From Candidatus Woesearchaeota archaeon (lineage in GTDB: Archaea > Nanobdellota > Nanobdellia > Woesearchaeales > JAGVYF01), in NCBI GenBank assembly GCA_041650315.1, contig JBAZLJ010000002.1:65599-129598 (forward strand): a stretch of 64,000 bases of DNA. Direction: 5' to 3'. How positions within the stretch are numbered: position 1 is the first letter of the stretch; each line of letters opens with the position of its first letter. Made by a program: the position numbers and the translations under genes. The notes under the pieces are model-generated. The model saw only the letters and a list, made by a program, of their open reading frames with translations, was not told where the DNA came from and did no database searches. Shown one piece after another: positions 48,784 to 57,550 of this stretch.

Positions 48784-49653
48784 ATGGGTTTATTGAATCG
48801 TCTTTTTGGGTCAACAGAATCTATTGCGAAAGAAATCGAAGCAGATGATGCAGTTATTAAAAAGCAATGGGATGATTATCTTAAAACAATACCCAAAAAG
48901 AAAATTATCATAGGAAAACTTAATCCTGACGCTAAACTAAATTCTAATCTTAAAGAATTAGCCTCATTATTGGCATTAGAATTGACAGATATTCGCAGTG
49001 AAGAAAAGGAAGAATCGGAACTGATAGCGGATTTGGAATCGTTAGAGCAATCTAAGAAAATAAAACGCGTAGACAAATTAGAGCAGACTTTATGCTATAT
49101 GGAGACTAGGCACGAATATATCCACAAATTGTTGGAGCAACTCGATTCTATACTGAAATCCGAAATGAATTTAGTGATAGTATTGCAGAAAGGCTCTAAG
49201 GATATAGAAAAACTGATCTCTTCATTGAAATCTCAATTAAGCCTCGAATTGAATATTCTGGATAAGATTGAGAAAAGATCTACTTTCCATGAAATGTTCT
49301 CTGCGCTTGTCAAAGGCGAGCATATAATCAAATTCATGGATTCACGAGAAAAACGTATGCTCAGCAAGATGCAGAAAGGATTAGGCAAGATATATGGCGG
49401 TGAAATCGATAAGGGAGTGACATTTGAATGGGCGATGGGCGTTTTTGAATCGGTTGAAGATTCGGTACGTGAAGCGATAGCTAACGGCCTATTAGAAATG
49501 CATCCTGATGTAGATTTCGAATTCGTAAATACTTCTCAATTTCTCGTATTGGTTAAAGGTAAAATCCAGAGCCTAAGAAAAAGACCAGTTTCAGACCAGA
49601 TGATAACTGTCTTTGTTCATCTATTTAGGGAATGGTACAACGAAAGAGAATGA
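48784..49653 (+). CDS. Helical/coiled-coil hypothetical protein
   Basis: 289-aa ORF starting MGLLNRLFG. Confidence 0.75.
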   Translation: MGLLNRLFGSTESIAKEIEADDAVIKKQWDDYLKTIPKKKIIIGKLNPDAKLNSNLKELASLLALELTDIRSEEKEESELIADLESLEQSKKIKRVDKLEQTLCYMETRHEYIHKLLEQLDSILKSEMNLVIVLQKGSKDIEKLISSLKSQLSLELNILDKIEKRSTFHEMFSALVKGEHIIKFMDSREKRMLSKMQKGLGKIYGGEIDKGVTFEWAMGVFESVEDSVREAIANGLLEMHPDVDFEFVNTSQFLVLVKGKIQSLRKRPVSDQMITVFVHLFREWYNERE

Positions 49654-49766
49654 TTAAAATCCCTTTCTATGTTTAAGTTAAGCGTCTATTTCTAAAATAT
49701 ATAGCAGAAATTGCCCTAATATCAATTGATTACTCTTCGGATTGGATATTAGATAGTGTTTGTTAT

Positions 49767-50342
49767 TTAGATTAAGGGGAACATATTGCTATTTGCAGTC
49801 AAACTATTGATGATGCCCAATAATTGCCCGATATAGACTATGATTCCAATCAAGCATACGTAAAGAACTACACCTAAGAATGATCTTAGATAAGAAATCT
49901 TATACTTTTTAGAAAAACCATATACATATACAAGGATAGTCAATATAGCAATAACATATCCCGGGAAAATCAAACTTGGAATTATCAATACTATCATTGA
50001 ATAAGCCAATGCCTGCATTGCACTAAGGTAATTGTCTTTCTTAGCGATTAATCTCATTATAAGATTGATTATGAACGCCTCAATCTCTAGCATGACTCCA
50101 ACCACGATTTTAGCCAATAAGACTATCACCAAAATGGCGATTAAGTCTAAATAGGATGGATTGATTAACAAACCATAAATTCCGTTCAATAAAAGACTAG
50201 CACGAAATACTAAAGTAAGCATATCAATCAATTGCTCAGAAGAGCCCCTATCTTTCTCAAATACGACTAATGGAGATTTAAGGAATTTTACTATCCTGAG
50301 AAAAGATTCTTTTTCAGTGCCGAAACCAATCCATGACTGCAT
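49767..50342 (-). CDS. Yip1-like membrane protein
   Basis: About 5 TM segments, LKSPLVVFE, ALAYSM, YGFSKKYKIS pattern. Confidence 0.65.
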   Translation of the reverse strand: MQSWIGFGTEKESFLRIVKFLKSPLVVFEKDRGSSEQLIDMLTLVFRASLLLNGIYGLLINPSYLDLIAILVIVLLAKIVVGVMLEIEAFIINLIMRLIAKKDNYLSAMQALAYSMIVLIIPSLIFPGYVIAILTILVYVYGFSKKYKISYLRSFLGVVLYVCLIGIIVYIGQLLGIINSLTANSNMFPLI

Positions 50343-50439
50343 AGTTACTTTTAAGGTTTTTAAGCTATTTAAATATTACTAAAATCAGTTTTATTCCCAT
50401 TTGGGTTTAATACTCCGTAGCTTGCTGTGGCAGGGAGTT

Positions 50440-51354
50440 TCATTTTTTAGTTATAATGTTCAGACAAATAGTTTTCATATTGTATGCTTCGCTTTTTATC
50501 TCATTGCAAAGATCTGCGTTTCTGGTCTCGATTGCATACCATTGGATGCACAAATCCTGCTGAGTCTCCAGTGCTTCCATATAGCATGAAATATCGCACG
50601 TGACTTTCCGGCATTCTGTCCAGTCTTTAGTCACTTTGGCTTTGCAGAATCCTTTTGATTTAGGCATACCTGTATTGTCGCATACCAAAGCATCTTTTGC
50701 AATAATAGCATACTCCGTGAAGCATTCATCCGAATTAGTGGCATTGAATAGTTTGAACACTAAATCGCAAACATCACTGTTTTTCAGTTCAATGCCTACA
50801 CTTGCCACGCATCTGGCGAGCTTGCCATCACGAGACCAGCCATCTACGTCAACAATTGGTTCAACCATTAAAGCGTTACACTTATCAGTGATTTTCTTCT
50901 CGAACTCCGCTTGCCTTGCCCAAAGGTTGAATACTGATAGATTCGTTTTAGCGACAATTATTCCATTGCCGTCTTTAATTGTCAGAAGCTCAATGATATA
51001 TTCGCTTGGTCTAAGATTATGATAATATCTATTCGGTTCTATCCAATCTTTATCTTTTGCGATGAATGTTACATAAACTGGCATTGCTATATTTCCATTC
51101 TCGTCAATAATCCTGAATCCATATTCTGTTCCTTCAGGAAGCCCTTTCTGCTGAAAGAAAAACCCTTGGTCCATATCAATGGAAGTCGCTATATTTCTAT
51201 CATTGTCTAGAATGAATACTTTGACATAGGGGGATATATTTTCTGAAACGTTCAGTTCTAGTCCGGGTGGAGTCGCACGAGGGAGGAATCCGTTAAGGAA
51301 GAATATGGTGATTATTGCGAGAATGATTAATAGGAAAATATATCTCAGTTTCAT
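50440..51354 (-). CDS. Secreted/membrane-anchored protein with Cys-rich C-terminal repeats
   Basis: N-terminal TM and repeated C-x(10-12)-C units. Start corrected to MKLRY. Confidence 0.7.
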   Translation of the reverse strand: MKLRYIFLLIILAIITIFFLNGFLPRATPPGLELNVSENISPYVKVFILDNDRNIATSIDMDQGFFFQQKGLPEGTEYGFRIIDENGNIAMPVYVTFIAKDKDWIEPNRYYHNLRPSEYIIELLTIKDGNGIIVAKTNLSVFNLWARQAEFEKKITDKCNALMVEPIVDVDGWSRDGKLARCVASVGIELKNSDVCDLVFKLFNATNSDECFTEYAIIAKDALVCDNTGMPKSKGFCKAKVTKDWTECRKVTCDISCYMEALETQQDLCIQWYAIETRNADLCNEIKSEAYNMKTICLNIITKK

Positions 51355-51471
51355 ATATGAAACGTGGATAATCGTCTTTAAAAAAGCTTGTTTTTTACAT
51401 TCATGCACCCCCATAAAGCCCCCCACAAAGCCCCGTCCTATGTTTAAGTCAAGCGTCTATTTCTATAATTC

Positions 51472-51654
51472 ATGAAGAAGCGTTATGAACTGCGACTGAC
51501 CGAATCACAGGATATTCAGTTAAGGCAGAGAGCAGAAGCATTAGGATTTTCTAAGAAAATCGATTATGTCCGTTTTATGGCATTCCTAGAACCATCTTTC
51601 ATAGAAAAGATTGACCAGATCCATAAGAAGCTGTGTGGTGAAGATGCTAGATAA
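51472..51654 (+). CDS. Ribbon-helix-helix (MobC/CopG-like) protein
   Basis: YELRLTESQDIQLRQRAEALGFSKKIDYVR. Confidence 0.7.
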   Translation: MKKRYELRLTESQDIQLRQRAEALGFSKKIDYVRFMAFLEPSFIEKIDQIHKKLCGEDAR

Positions 51655-51802
51655 GGTTCGGCTTAGGACAAGATCAAGGAGCATCAGCATTTCGCTAGAC
51701 CTTTTAGATAAAATAAGATTTGTCTGTAAAGGCAATATGTCAGTTTCAGCATTCATAAGGATGGCAATAAAGAAAGAACTGCTAAGAAGAGGGATTGCAT
51801 GA
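51644..51802 (+). CDS. Ribbon-helix-helix (CopG-like) protein
   Basis: SISISLDLLDKI...MSVSAFIRMAI. Confidence 0.7.
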   Translation: MLDKVRLRTRSRSISISLDLLDKIRFVCKGNMSVSAFIRMAIKKELLRRGIA

Positions 51803-51984
51803 GGCGACATTATTTTTTTAAGCTGAGGATGACTCTATCTGAAAAAGAAGAATTATGCGAAATAGCTAAAGACAATGGATTTGATACAGTTAGTTCTTAT
51901 TTAAGATGGGCAATTATGAATAATCTTCCTAAAGATATCCAAGAGATAAAAAATATTCTGCAAAAAAGAGAAGAAAAAAACTAA
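51799..51984 (+). CDS. Ribbon-helix-helix (MobC-like) protein
   Basis: FKLRMTLSEKEELCEIAKDNGFDTVSSYLR. Confidence 0.7.
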   Translation: MRRHYFFKLRMTLSEKEELCEIAKDNGFDTVSSYLRWAIMNNLPKDIQEIKNILQKREEKN

Positions 51985-53228
51985 CCGATAACCTTAGCGG
52001 TAGTTGTATTCATTTCCTGCATCTTCTGCGCAAGAAGCTGGATAATCTCTGGATGATGGCTAATCCTATCCAATAAGTCATCAGTTTCGTTCAGCCTTTT
52101 GCTATCTTCATTATACTTTGCCTGTATTGCCATGGCTTCGTGAATATCCAATATACCCGCACATCTGCAACAATACTTGCTTTCATAGCTGTTTATTGTC
52201 TCGCAACGTGGACAGGTCTTAGACCTTAGATGCACCTCTTCAGTTTTCTTATCCATGCTTTTGATGCCATTCATTACTAAAATAGCACTCTCTACCTCTT
52301 TCCCAGACATATGCACATAAGTCGAAGGCATCTCTGAACCCTGCGCCCAACCAAAGTATTGGTTCATCTGGAATTCAGTAAGATGATTGGCAAGATAAGT
52401 GGCACGACTATGCCTGAACATATGCGGATTGCATCTTTTAGTGATTCCAGATTTAGCGCAGTGCACACGCAATAGCTTATTTATCGCCCTATAGCTGATT
52501 GGAACAGATTTCTGGCGATTGCTCATGGTGACCCATAATGATTCAGTCCTATCATCTCTCTGAGGATGTATGTTCAGCCAAGTCATAAGATATTGAGTAG
52601 ATGAAACTAATCTTAATTTACGAGCACCAGTCTTGCCTTGAACGGTTATCAATATGCCATATTTATCTATTTCGACATTATTGATCTGCAATGAACAAAG
52701 TTCGCCTACCCTGCATCCAGATTCCCATAGCATAGACACGAATGCCTTATCTCTTGGAGAATTTATTGATTTGAGCAATTTCTCAATATCTTTTTCGTTC
52801 AGAAGTTCTCCGGATGAGGGCAGTTTCTTATCGCATAGCCTAAGTTTCGCCTTAATCCATTTTACTTCAGGCGGGAATTCATCACCACTATTCTTCAACC
52901 ATTTGAAGAATCTCTTGATTGCCATCTTATATGATTTCTTGGACCAAATTCCGTAATTTGGGTCCATCTGAATTTGGCTGACAATTGGTGCAATATCTTC
53001 CTTAGTTACTATATCAAAGTCCTTATTTAGCCACAATGCCCAAAATCTAAGGGTATCTGTATATTTAGCCACCCTAGACAAAGAAATTCCTTCTGCCACC
53101 AAACTATCCACAAATCTTCGGATTATCTCCTGATTGTGTGCACTCACGCTCGAATCCTTTAATCTCCTTAATGCCCATTGTGCTTGCCTTGCGTAGTTAT
53201 GGATATCTGTTTTCATGTTAGTCTCCAT
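51981..53228 (-). CDS. int: Tyrosine recombinase/integrase with a C-terminal zinc ribbon
   Basis: ESGCRVGEL, GKTG, HMFRHSRAT, GW...MPSTYVH, CPRC...CCRC. Confidence 0.95.
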   Translation of the reverse strand: METNMKTDIHNYARQAQWALRRLKDSSVSAHNQEIIRRFVDSLVAEGISLSRVAKYTDTLRFWALWLNKDFDIVTKEDIAPIVSQIQMDPNYGIWSKKSYKMAIKRFFKWLKNSGDEFPPEVKWIKAKLRLCDKKLPSSGELLNEKDIEKLLKSINSPRDKAFVSMLWESGCRVGELCSLQINNVEIDKYGILITVQGKTGARKLRLVSSTQYLMTWLNIHPQRDDRTESLWVTMSNRQKSVPISYRAINKLLRVHCAKSGITKRCNPHMFRHSRATYLANHLTEFQMNQYFGWAQGSEMPSTYVHMSGKEVESAILVMNGIKSMDKKTEEVHLRSKTCPRCETINSYESKYCCRCAGILDIHEAMAIQAKYNEDSKRLNETDDLLDRISHHPEIIQLLAQKMQEMNTTTAKVIG

Positions 53229-53286
53229 AAGAATAAGCTACGTTAAATACTTGAGGACCACATTGTGGCCACAACCCGTGGGTTGC

Positions 53287-53374
53287 ACTTCAAGTAAGAA
53301 GCCTCTAGAGAGATTCCTGCTTCAAATACATCTCCCCAGAAAAGCGGGGAAATGAACTTCAAGTAAGAAGCCTC
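53287..53374. repeat. Tandem duplication of the tRNA-Thr 3' end and trailer
   Basis: ACTTCAAGTAAGAAGCCTC at 53287..53305 and 53356..53374. Confidence 0.8.
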
Positions 53375-53441
53375 AGGGGAGATTTGCACTCCCGACCTCG
53401 GCCTTACCAAGGCCGCGCAATAGCTGCTATGCTACAGAGGC
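53369..53441 (-). tRNA. tRNA-Thr(GGT), integration target
   Basis: Acceptor GCCTCTG/CTGAGGC, arm CGGCC-TTGGTAA-GGCCG, T arm GGGAG-TGCAAAT-CTCCC. Confidence 0.9.
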
Positions 53442-53446
53442 GTATA

Positions 53447-53606
53447 TGTGGGGAAAGGGATTCGAACCCTTGAACACACTAAGTGACAGGATATCTCATG
53501 CCGAAACATAAGTGTCTTTCATGTATTACGTTCTTAAGTCCTGCGCATTTGACCAGGCTTTGCTCTAAAGAATGCCAAACTAAAGTTGCTTAGCATTTAT
53601 CCCCAC
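53447..53606 (-). tRNA. tRNA-Leu(TAA) with two introns (8/9: 53565..53598; 37/38: 53493..53532)
   Basis: Spliced form GTGGGGA-TA-GCAAAGCCTGGTCAAATGC-G-CAGGA-CTTAAGA-TCCTG-long variable arm-AAGGG-TTCGAAT-CCCTT-TCCCCAC-A. Confidence 0.85.
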
Positions 53607-54191
53607 ATTACCCGGTCTTTTGGAAATGGGTTCAACTGTATTTAAAAACCTTTCTTTTTCCGAATTAGGTATACGCAGGGCATATAGAGGTTTACGATTA
53701 GGCTTTAATTGAGGCTTAATCATATAGGCGCTGAATCCTACTTGATTAAGTAAGCTTAATACGCCGGATAAACCTTCAATATTTGTCGAAAAAAATCTTA
53801 TAGACTTACTGGCTGTACCATCACCATCAAAATATCCTCTAACAAATGCCTTTTTTATTGAATCATCAGATGATAAAATCTTGGAAGGGACTCTCCAAAT
53901 TAGATTGCCTAATTCGGTATTGTTGATTACTTCTCTAATTATATCACGCTTACAAATATTTATTTTTCCAAAACGAGTGACTTTTGTAGGATAACTAAAT
54001 TCTTTCAAAAGCAGATCTTGATAATGCGACAATAATGTTTTGTCTTTATTATAAAATTCTATCCGTTCAGATTTCATATGCTTACGAAATCTTTTTCTTC
54101 CACGAAATGTTTCCCAATAATCACTATACTGAATAATATGACACCCTTCTGCACATAATAGACCAATTATTTCAGCAAGTTCGGGACTCAT
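53580..54191 (-). CDS. Free-standing double-motif LAGLIDADG homing endonuclease
   Basis: ELAEIIGLLCAEG and AFVRGYFDGDG motifs. Confidence 0.88.
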   Translation of the reverse strand: MSPELAEIIGLLCAEGCHIIQYSDYWETFRGRKRFRKHMKSERIEFYNKDKTLLSHYQDLLLKEFSYPTKVTRFGKINICKRDIIREVINNTELGNLIWRVPSKILSSDDSIKKAFVRGYFDGDGTASKSIRFFSTNIEGLSGVLSLLNQVGFSAYMIKPQLKPNRKPLYALRIPNSEKERFLNTVEPISKRPGNVGINAKQL

Positions 54192-54312
54192 GGTCGCTAT
54201 TCTAAAAATAGATGATATATAAATTTAATCCAGAACTTATACAAATTTAAAGGACAGGAATAAGTCCAAAAAATCCCAAAATATTATAAAGTCCCTAGAA
54301 AAAATACTCACC

Positions 54313-55644
54313 ATGAGCCATATAACTTCAAAATCGTATATTCAACTTAGAAATAGGCTTGATAAATCGCCACAAGGCGCTCCGAAGTCAGACACTCTAT
54401 TCAAAATACTTGAACATCTATTCACTGAACGCGAGGCGCAGTTAGTATCAGTTTTACCCATTGCGTCATTTACTCTTGAAAAAGCCTCAAAAATCTGGAA
54501 ACTTTCTGAACCAGATTCTGAAAAAGCGCTTAATGGTCTTGCAGACAAAGGAATAATCGTTGACTTGACCAATAACGACAGGAAGGCGTACGTTCTTGCT
54601 CCGCCAATGGCTGGTTTTTTTGAATTCTCGATCATGAAAATGCACGGCAAGTTTGATAAGAAACTCTTGTCAGAGCTTTATCATCAATACATCAATACAG
54701 AAGACGAATTCGGTCAACGTGTCTTTGGATTAAATCCGCCAATAGGTCGGACTTTTGTGCACGAAGACAAGATCCCTCACAAAGACCGAGATATAGTATT
54801 AGATTACGAAAGAGCAACTAAAGTTATTGAGAACTCAACATTCTGTAGCGTAGGCACTTGCTATTGTAGACATAAGATGGAGCATCTAGGCAAAGCATGT
54901 AATCATTCCATGGAAGTCTGCCTCGCATTCAACGAAACCGGCAAAAGTCTTGCAGATCACAAGATTGCGCGAGCGATAACAAAAGAAGAAGCTATGCAGA
55001 TACTAAAGAAGTGCAGAGACGAGGGGCTTGTACAAGTCGGCTCTAATCTGCAGGATGGAGTGTCCTGGATATGCAACTGCTGCGGCTGCTGTTGCGAAGC
55101 GCTTCTGGCCTATAAAAAACTCGGATATAATCCTAGGATAGAGACTAATTGGCTTGCAAAGAATGAAACATCAAAATGCACAAGCTGCGGAATATGCGTA
55201 AAGAAATGTCCGGTCAATGCAATCTCAGTCATTAAAGAAGGTGTTGAAGATCCTAAATCATACGCGAAGATAGATCCTGAACGATGCATCGGATGCGGAG
55301 TCTGCACCAGGTTCTGTCCGGGTAAATGTTTGACTTTAGAAAGACGTAAAGAAACTGTCTTCGTCCCAAAAGATACTTTCGAGAGGTTTGTGCTTGGCGC
55401 GATTGATTCTGGCACTCTCCAGAACCTGCTCTTTGACAATTATCATCTCTGGCAATACGGCATATTAAGAAAAGTGTTTGAGATAATATTCAAGCTTCCT
55501 CCTGCGAAATGGATTCTTGCGAATAAGCAAATGCAGTCGCGGTTCTTAACTAGCGTCGGCAATTATTATTATCTTAAAGACCCAGCTCTGTTCAATAACA
55601 AGAAACCTGATTATTCTCACACAGAATTAAATAAAAAATTCTAG
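54313..55644 (+). CDS. 4Fe-4S dicluster domain protein
   Basis: CYCRH, ICNCCGCCC and two CxxCxxCxxxCP motifs. Confidence 0.88.
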   Translation: MSHITSKSYIQLRNRLDKSPQGAPKSDTLFKILEHLFTEREAQLVSVLPIASFTLEKASKIWKLSEPDSEKALNGLADKGIIVDLTNNDRKAYVLAPPMAGFFEFSIMKMHGKFDKKLLSELYHQYINTEDEFGQRVFGLNPPIGRTFVHEDKIPHKDRDIVLDYERATKVIENSTFCSVGTCYCRHKMEHLGKACNHSMEVCLAFNETGKSLADHKIARAITKEEAMQILKKCRDEGLVQVGSNLQDGVSWICNCCGCCCEALLAYKKLGYNPRIETNWLAKNETSKCTSCGICVKKCPVNAISVIKEGVEDPKSYAKIDPERCIGCGVCTRFCPGKCLTLERRKETVFVPKDTFERFVLGAIDSGTLQNLLFDNYHLWQYGILRKVFEIIFKLPPAKWILANKQMQSRFLTSVGNYYYLKDPALFNNKKPDYSHTELNKKF

Positions 55645-56141
55645 AATTTATACAGGTTCAAGAACGCTTTCACAGAATCCTTGACATACATAGTATGCTC
55701 TTTCAATTCGGATATTTCTTTCGAGATATAGATTGGATAGAGATACTTGTTTATGACATGACCAATGAATACCAGATCCGGACGCGATTTCCATTTGCCG
55801 GCGAGATCTGTTTTCAACTTTGATTTGAATTCTATCTCAATATCGCCTTCATTGTATTTAATCTTGCGATCGCCTTTAGTGACGACTGTGTCTTTCATCT
55901 CTTTGATTTTTAGCTCGACTTCAATCACATATTTGATGTAAGACGATTGTCTTTTGCCGTATTCCATCTTGAGCTCGATGTTCTTGCCCTTGGCAGTCAC
56001 TTTCTCGGTATTGGATTTCTCTTCTTTATCGTAATTCTTTTTGGTGAGAATCTCGTTTATCTCAGTCAGAAGATCTTTTGCCTTGAACAGACCGCTATAG
56101 GAAACTGTGACGCCTTCCACAACAACATATTCTTCGCCCAT
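55641..56141 (-). CDS. Hypothetical protein (paralog of 56143..56679)
   Basis: VSYSGLF ... YDKEEK ... YIKYVIEVEL ... NEGDIEI. Confidence 0.7.
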   Translation of the reverse strand: MGEEYVVVEGVTVSYSGLFKAKDLLTEINEILTKKNYDKEEKSNTEKVTAKGKNIELKMEYGKRQSSYIKYVIEVELKIKEMKDTVVTKGDRKIKYNEGDIEIEFKSKLKTDLAGKWKSRPDLVFIGHVINKYLYPIYISKEISELKEHTMYVKDSVKAFLNLYKF

Positions 56142-56142
56142 C

Positions 56143-56679
56143 TTACATATGCTCCATGCCTATAGTCTCTCTCACATCATCATAAAAGCCATAGACTAGC
56201 TTATACAGAGGTGAGTAGACTTTAAAAATTATATCTTTATTTATGATATATTTGTGATACAAGTCTTGCATATAATGAACAAATTTCTTATTAGGAATAT
56301 CTGAAATAGATTTGACTGGCGCCGGCGTGGATCCCCAGCTCTTTGCATAATCAAGCACATAGGCGCCTTTTATGACCATCTGAATCCTGCCCTTATTCAT
56401 CTTTATTGTCTGTCCGTCTTTGACTACTTCAGTCTCGCCGAATTCCCAGATGAATAACGCGACTTCTATCTCGTATTTGTAATATTCAGTGATCTTCTTG
56501 TCGCCGAACCATTCGAACTCAAGCTCTTTGCCTTTATGCACGTACTTCTTCTCCTGCATATCGTATCCGTGAGCCTTATACCATTTAGTGATTGACTTGT
56601 AAAGCTTATCAAAATCAAAGACGCCAGTATACCTTATGATAGGCGGCTGGTCTGTGAGCTCGTTCCTTACTTCTACCAT
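56143..56679 (-). CDS. Hypothetical protein (paralog of 55641..56141)
   Basis: IRYTGVF ... YDMQEK ... YYKYEIEVAL ... NKGRIQM. Confidence 0.7.
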   Translation of the reverse strand: MVEVRNELTDQPPIIRYTGVFDFDKLYKSITKWYKAHGYDMQEKKYVHKGKELEFEWFGDKKITEYYKYEIEVALFIWEFGETEVVKDGQTIKMNKGRIQMVIKGAYVLDYAKSWGSTPAPVKSISDIPNKKFVHYMQDLYHKYIINKDIIFKVYSPLYKLVYGFYDDVRETIGMEHM

Positions 56680-56724
56680 AGAGGAAATCTAAAGAAACTT
56701 CTTATATAAACTTTACTATTGAGC

Positions 56725-56832
56725 ATTGCAACAGGTAAATTTTCTACGTTCCAATGCTAAGATAGCCATTCCCGGGGACTGGGCACCTTGGCTATTTTCT
56801 TCTTTAGCTATAAAATTTACAATAGTTGCAAT
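56725..56832. repeat. Structured intergenic element family B, copy 2
   Basis: 108 bp with IR ATTGCAAC/GTTGCAAT. Homologous to 12567..12674. Confidence 0.85.
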
Positions 56833-57362
56833 TATATCGTTATATCCGTAATCTTGCCGCAAGTTGGGCAGACAGTCTTATCCTTGCCTTTCTCTGACAG
56901 GAATACTGGCTTATTCGCCGCTTCACGTATCGAGAATATGTCAACCACCAATTCGCATAATTGTGGTTGAACTCTGAGGATATCCTTCAAAGTAACATAA
57001 CCTATGACGTGTTTTCTGGCTATGACTGGAAGGTGCTTTATATTGAAATCACTCATGAGCTGGATTGCATCTGACAATTCTATCTCTGGACTTACTGTGA
57101 ATATCTGCTTGACCATCACTTCTGAGATCGGAATTTTATTAGCGTTTAGGTTATTGGCGAACACTTTCCTCACTATGTCCTGTTCTGTGACAATCCCATC
57201 AAGCTTTTTCCTAGAGCCTATCACTAATGAACCTATGTTCTCATTGGCCATTATCCTTGCGCAATCTGCGATAGAAGTTTCTTTGGGCACTATGACTGGT
57301 TTCTTAGTCATAGCATCGAATACCCTCAAACCTGATTTCATGTCATACATAGAGCTCCCCAT
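56832..57362 (-). CDS. CBS-domain pair protein
   Basis: IGSLVI, GIVTEQD, IKHLPV, GYVTLKD, C-terminal CPTC. Confidence 0.9.
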   Translation of the reverse strand: MGSSMYDMKSGLRVFDAMTKKPVIVPKETSIADCARIMANENIGSLVIGSRKKLDGIVTEQDIVRKVFANNLNANKIPISEVMVKQIFTVSPEIELSDAIQLMSDFNIKHLPVIARKHVIGYVTLKDILRVQPQLCELVVDIFSIREAANKPVFLSEKGKDKTVCPTCGKITDITI

Positions 57363-57424
57363 ATAGCATATAAGCTAAGCTTGTATTAAATTGTAATTAT
57401 CAAGGGTACTGCACTTGTGACAAC

Positions 57425-57549
57425 TAAGTTAGCATCAGTTCGGATGCGCTTCTTATCAGTGATTGTTGGCCTTCCCTTGTAAAGGGTCCAACAACCCTTG
57501 CCACAGATGATACTATAACATGATAATCCTCACTAAGAATGCTAACTTA
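57425..57549. repeat. Structured intergenic element family A, copy 3
   Basis: IR TAAGTTAGCAT/ATGCTAACTTA, core shared with 9853..9921. Confidence 0.85.
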
Positions 57550-57550
57550 A

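Larger units (their letters stand above)
49667..51465. repeat. 28-bp direct repeat flanking a two-gene cassette
   Basis: CTATGTTTAAGT(T/C)AAGCGTCTATTTCTA at 49667..49694 and 51438..51465. Confidence 0.85.
28899..53382. mobile_element. Integrative (probably conjugative) element inserted at the tRNA-Thr(GGT) 3' end
   Basis: Perfect 15-bp direct repeat AAGCCTCAGGGGAGA at 28899..28913 and 53368..53382 (tRNA 3' end). Tyrosine integrase beside the tRNA. VirB4/VirB6/VirB2-like, ArdA, RM and RHH genes inside. Confidence 0.9.

Noticed and set aside
28899..53382. Provirus interpretation
   Set aside because: No capsid, terminase, portal or packaging-ATPase-like gene was seen. VirB4/VirB6/ArdA indicate a conjugative-type element.
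53580..54191. LAGLIDADG as part of an intein or group I intron
   Set aside because: No Hint-domain splice motifs or host protein and no group I core. The ORF lies outside the tRNA intron except for its last codons.
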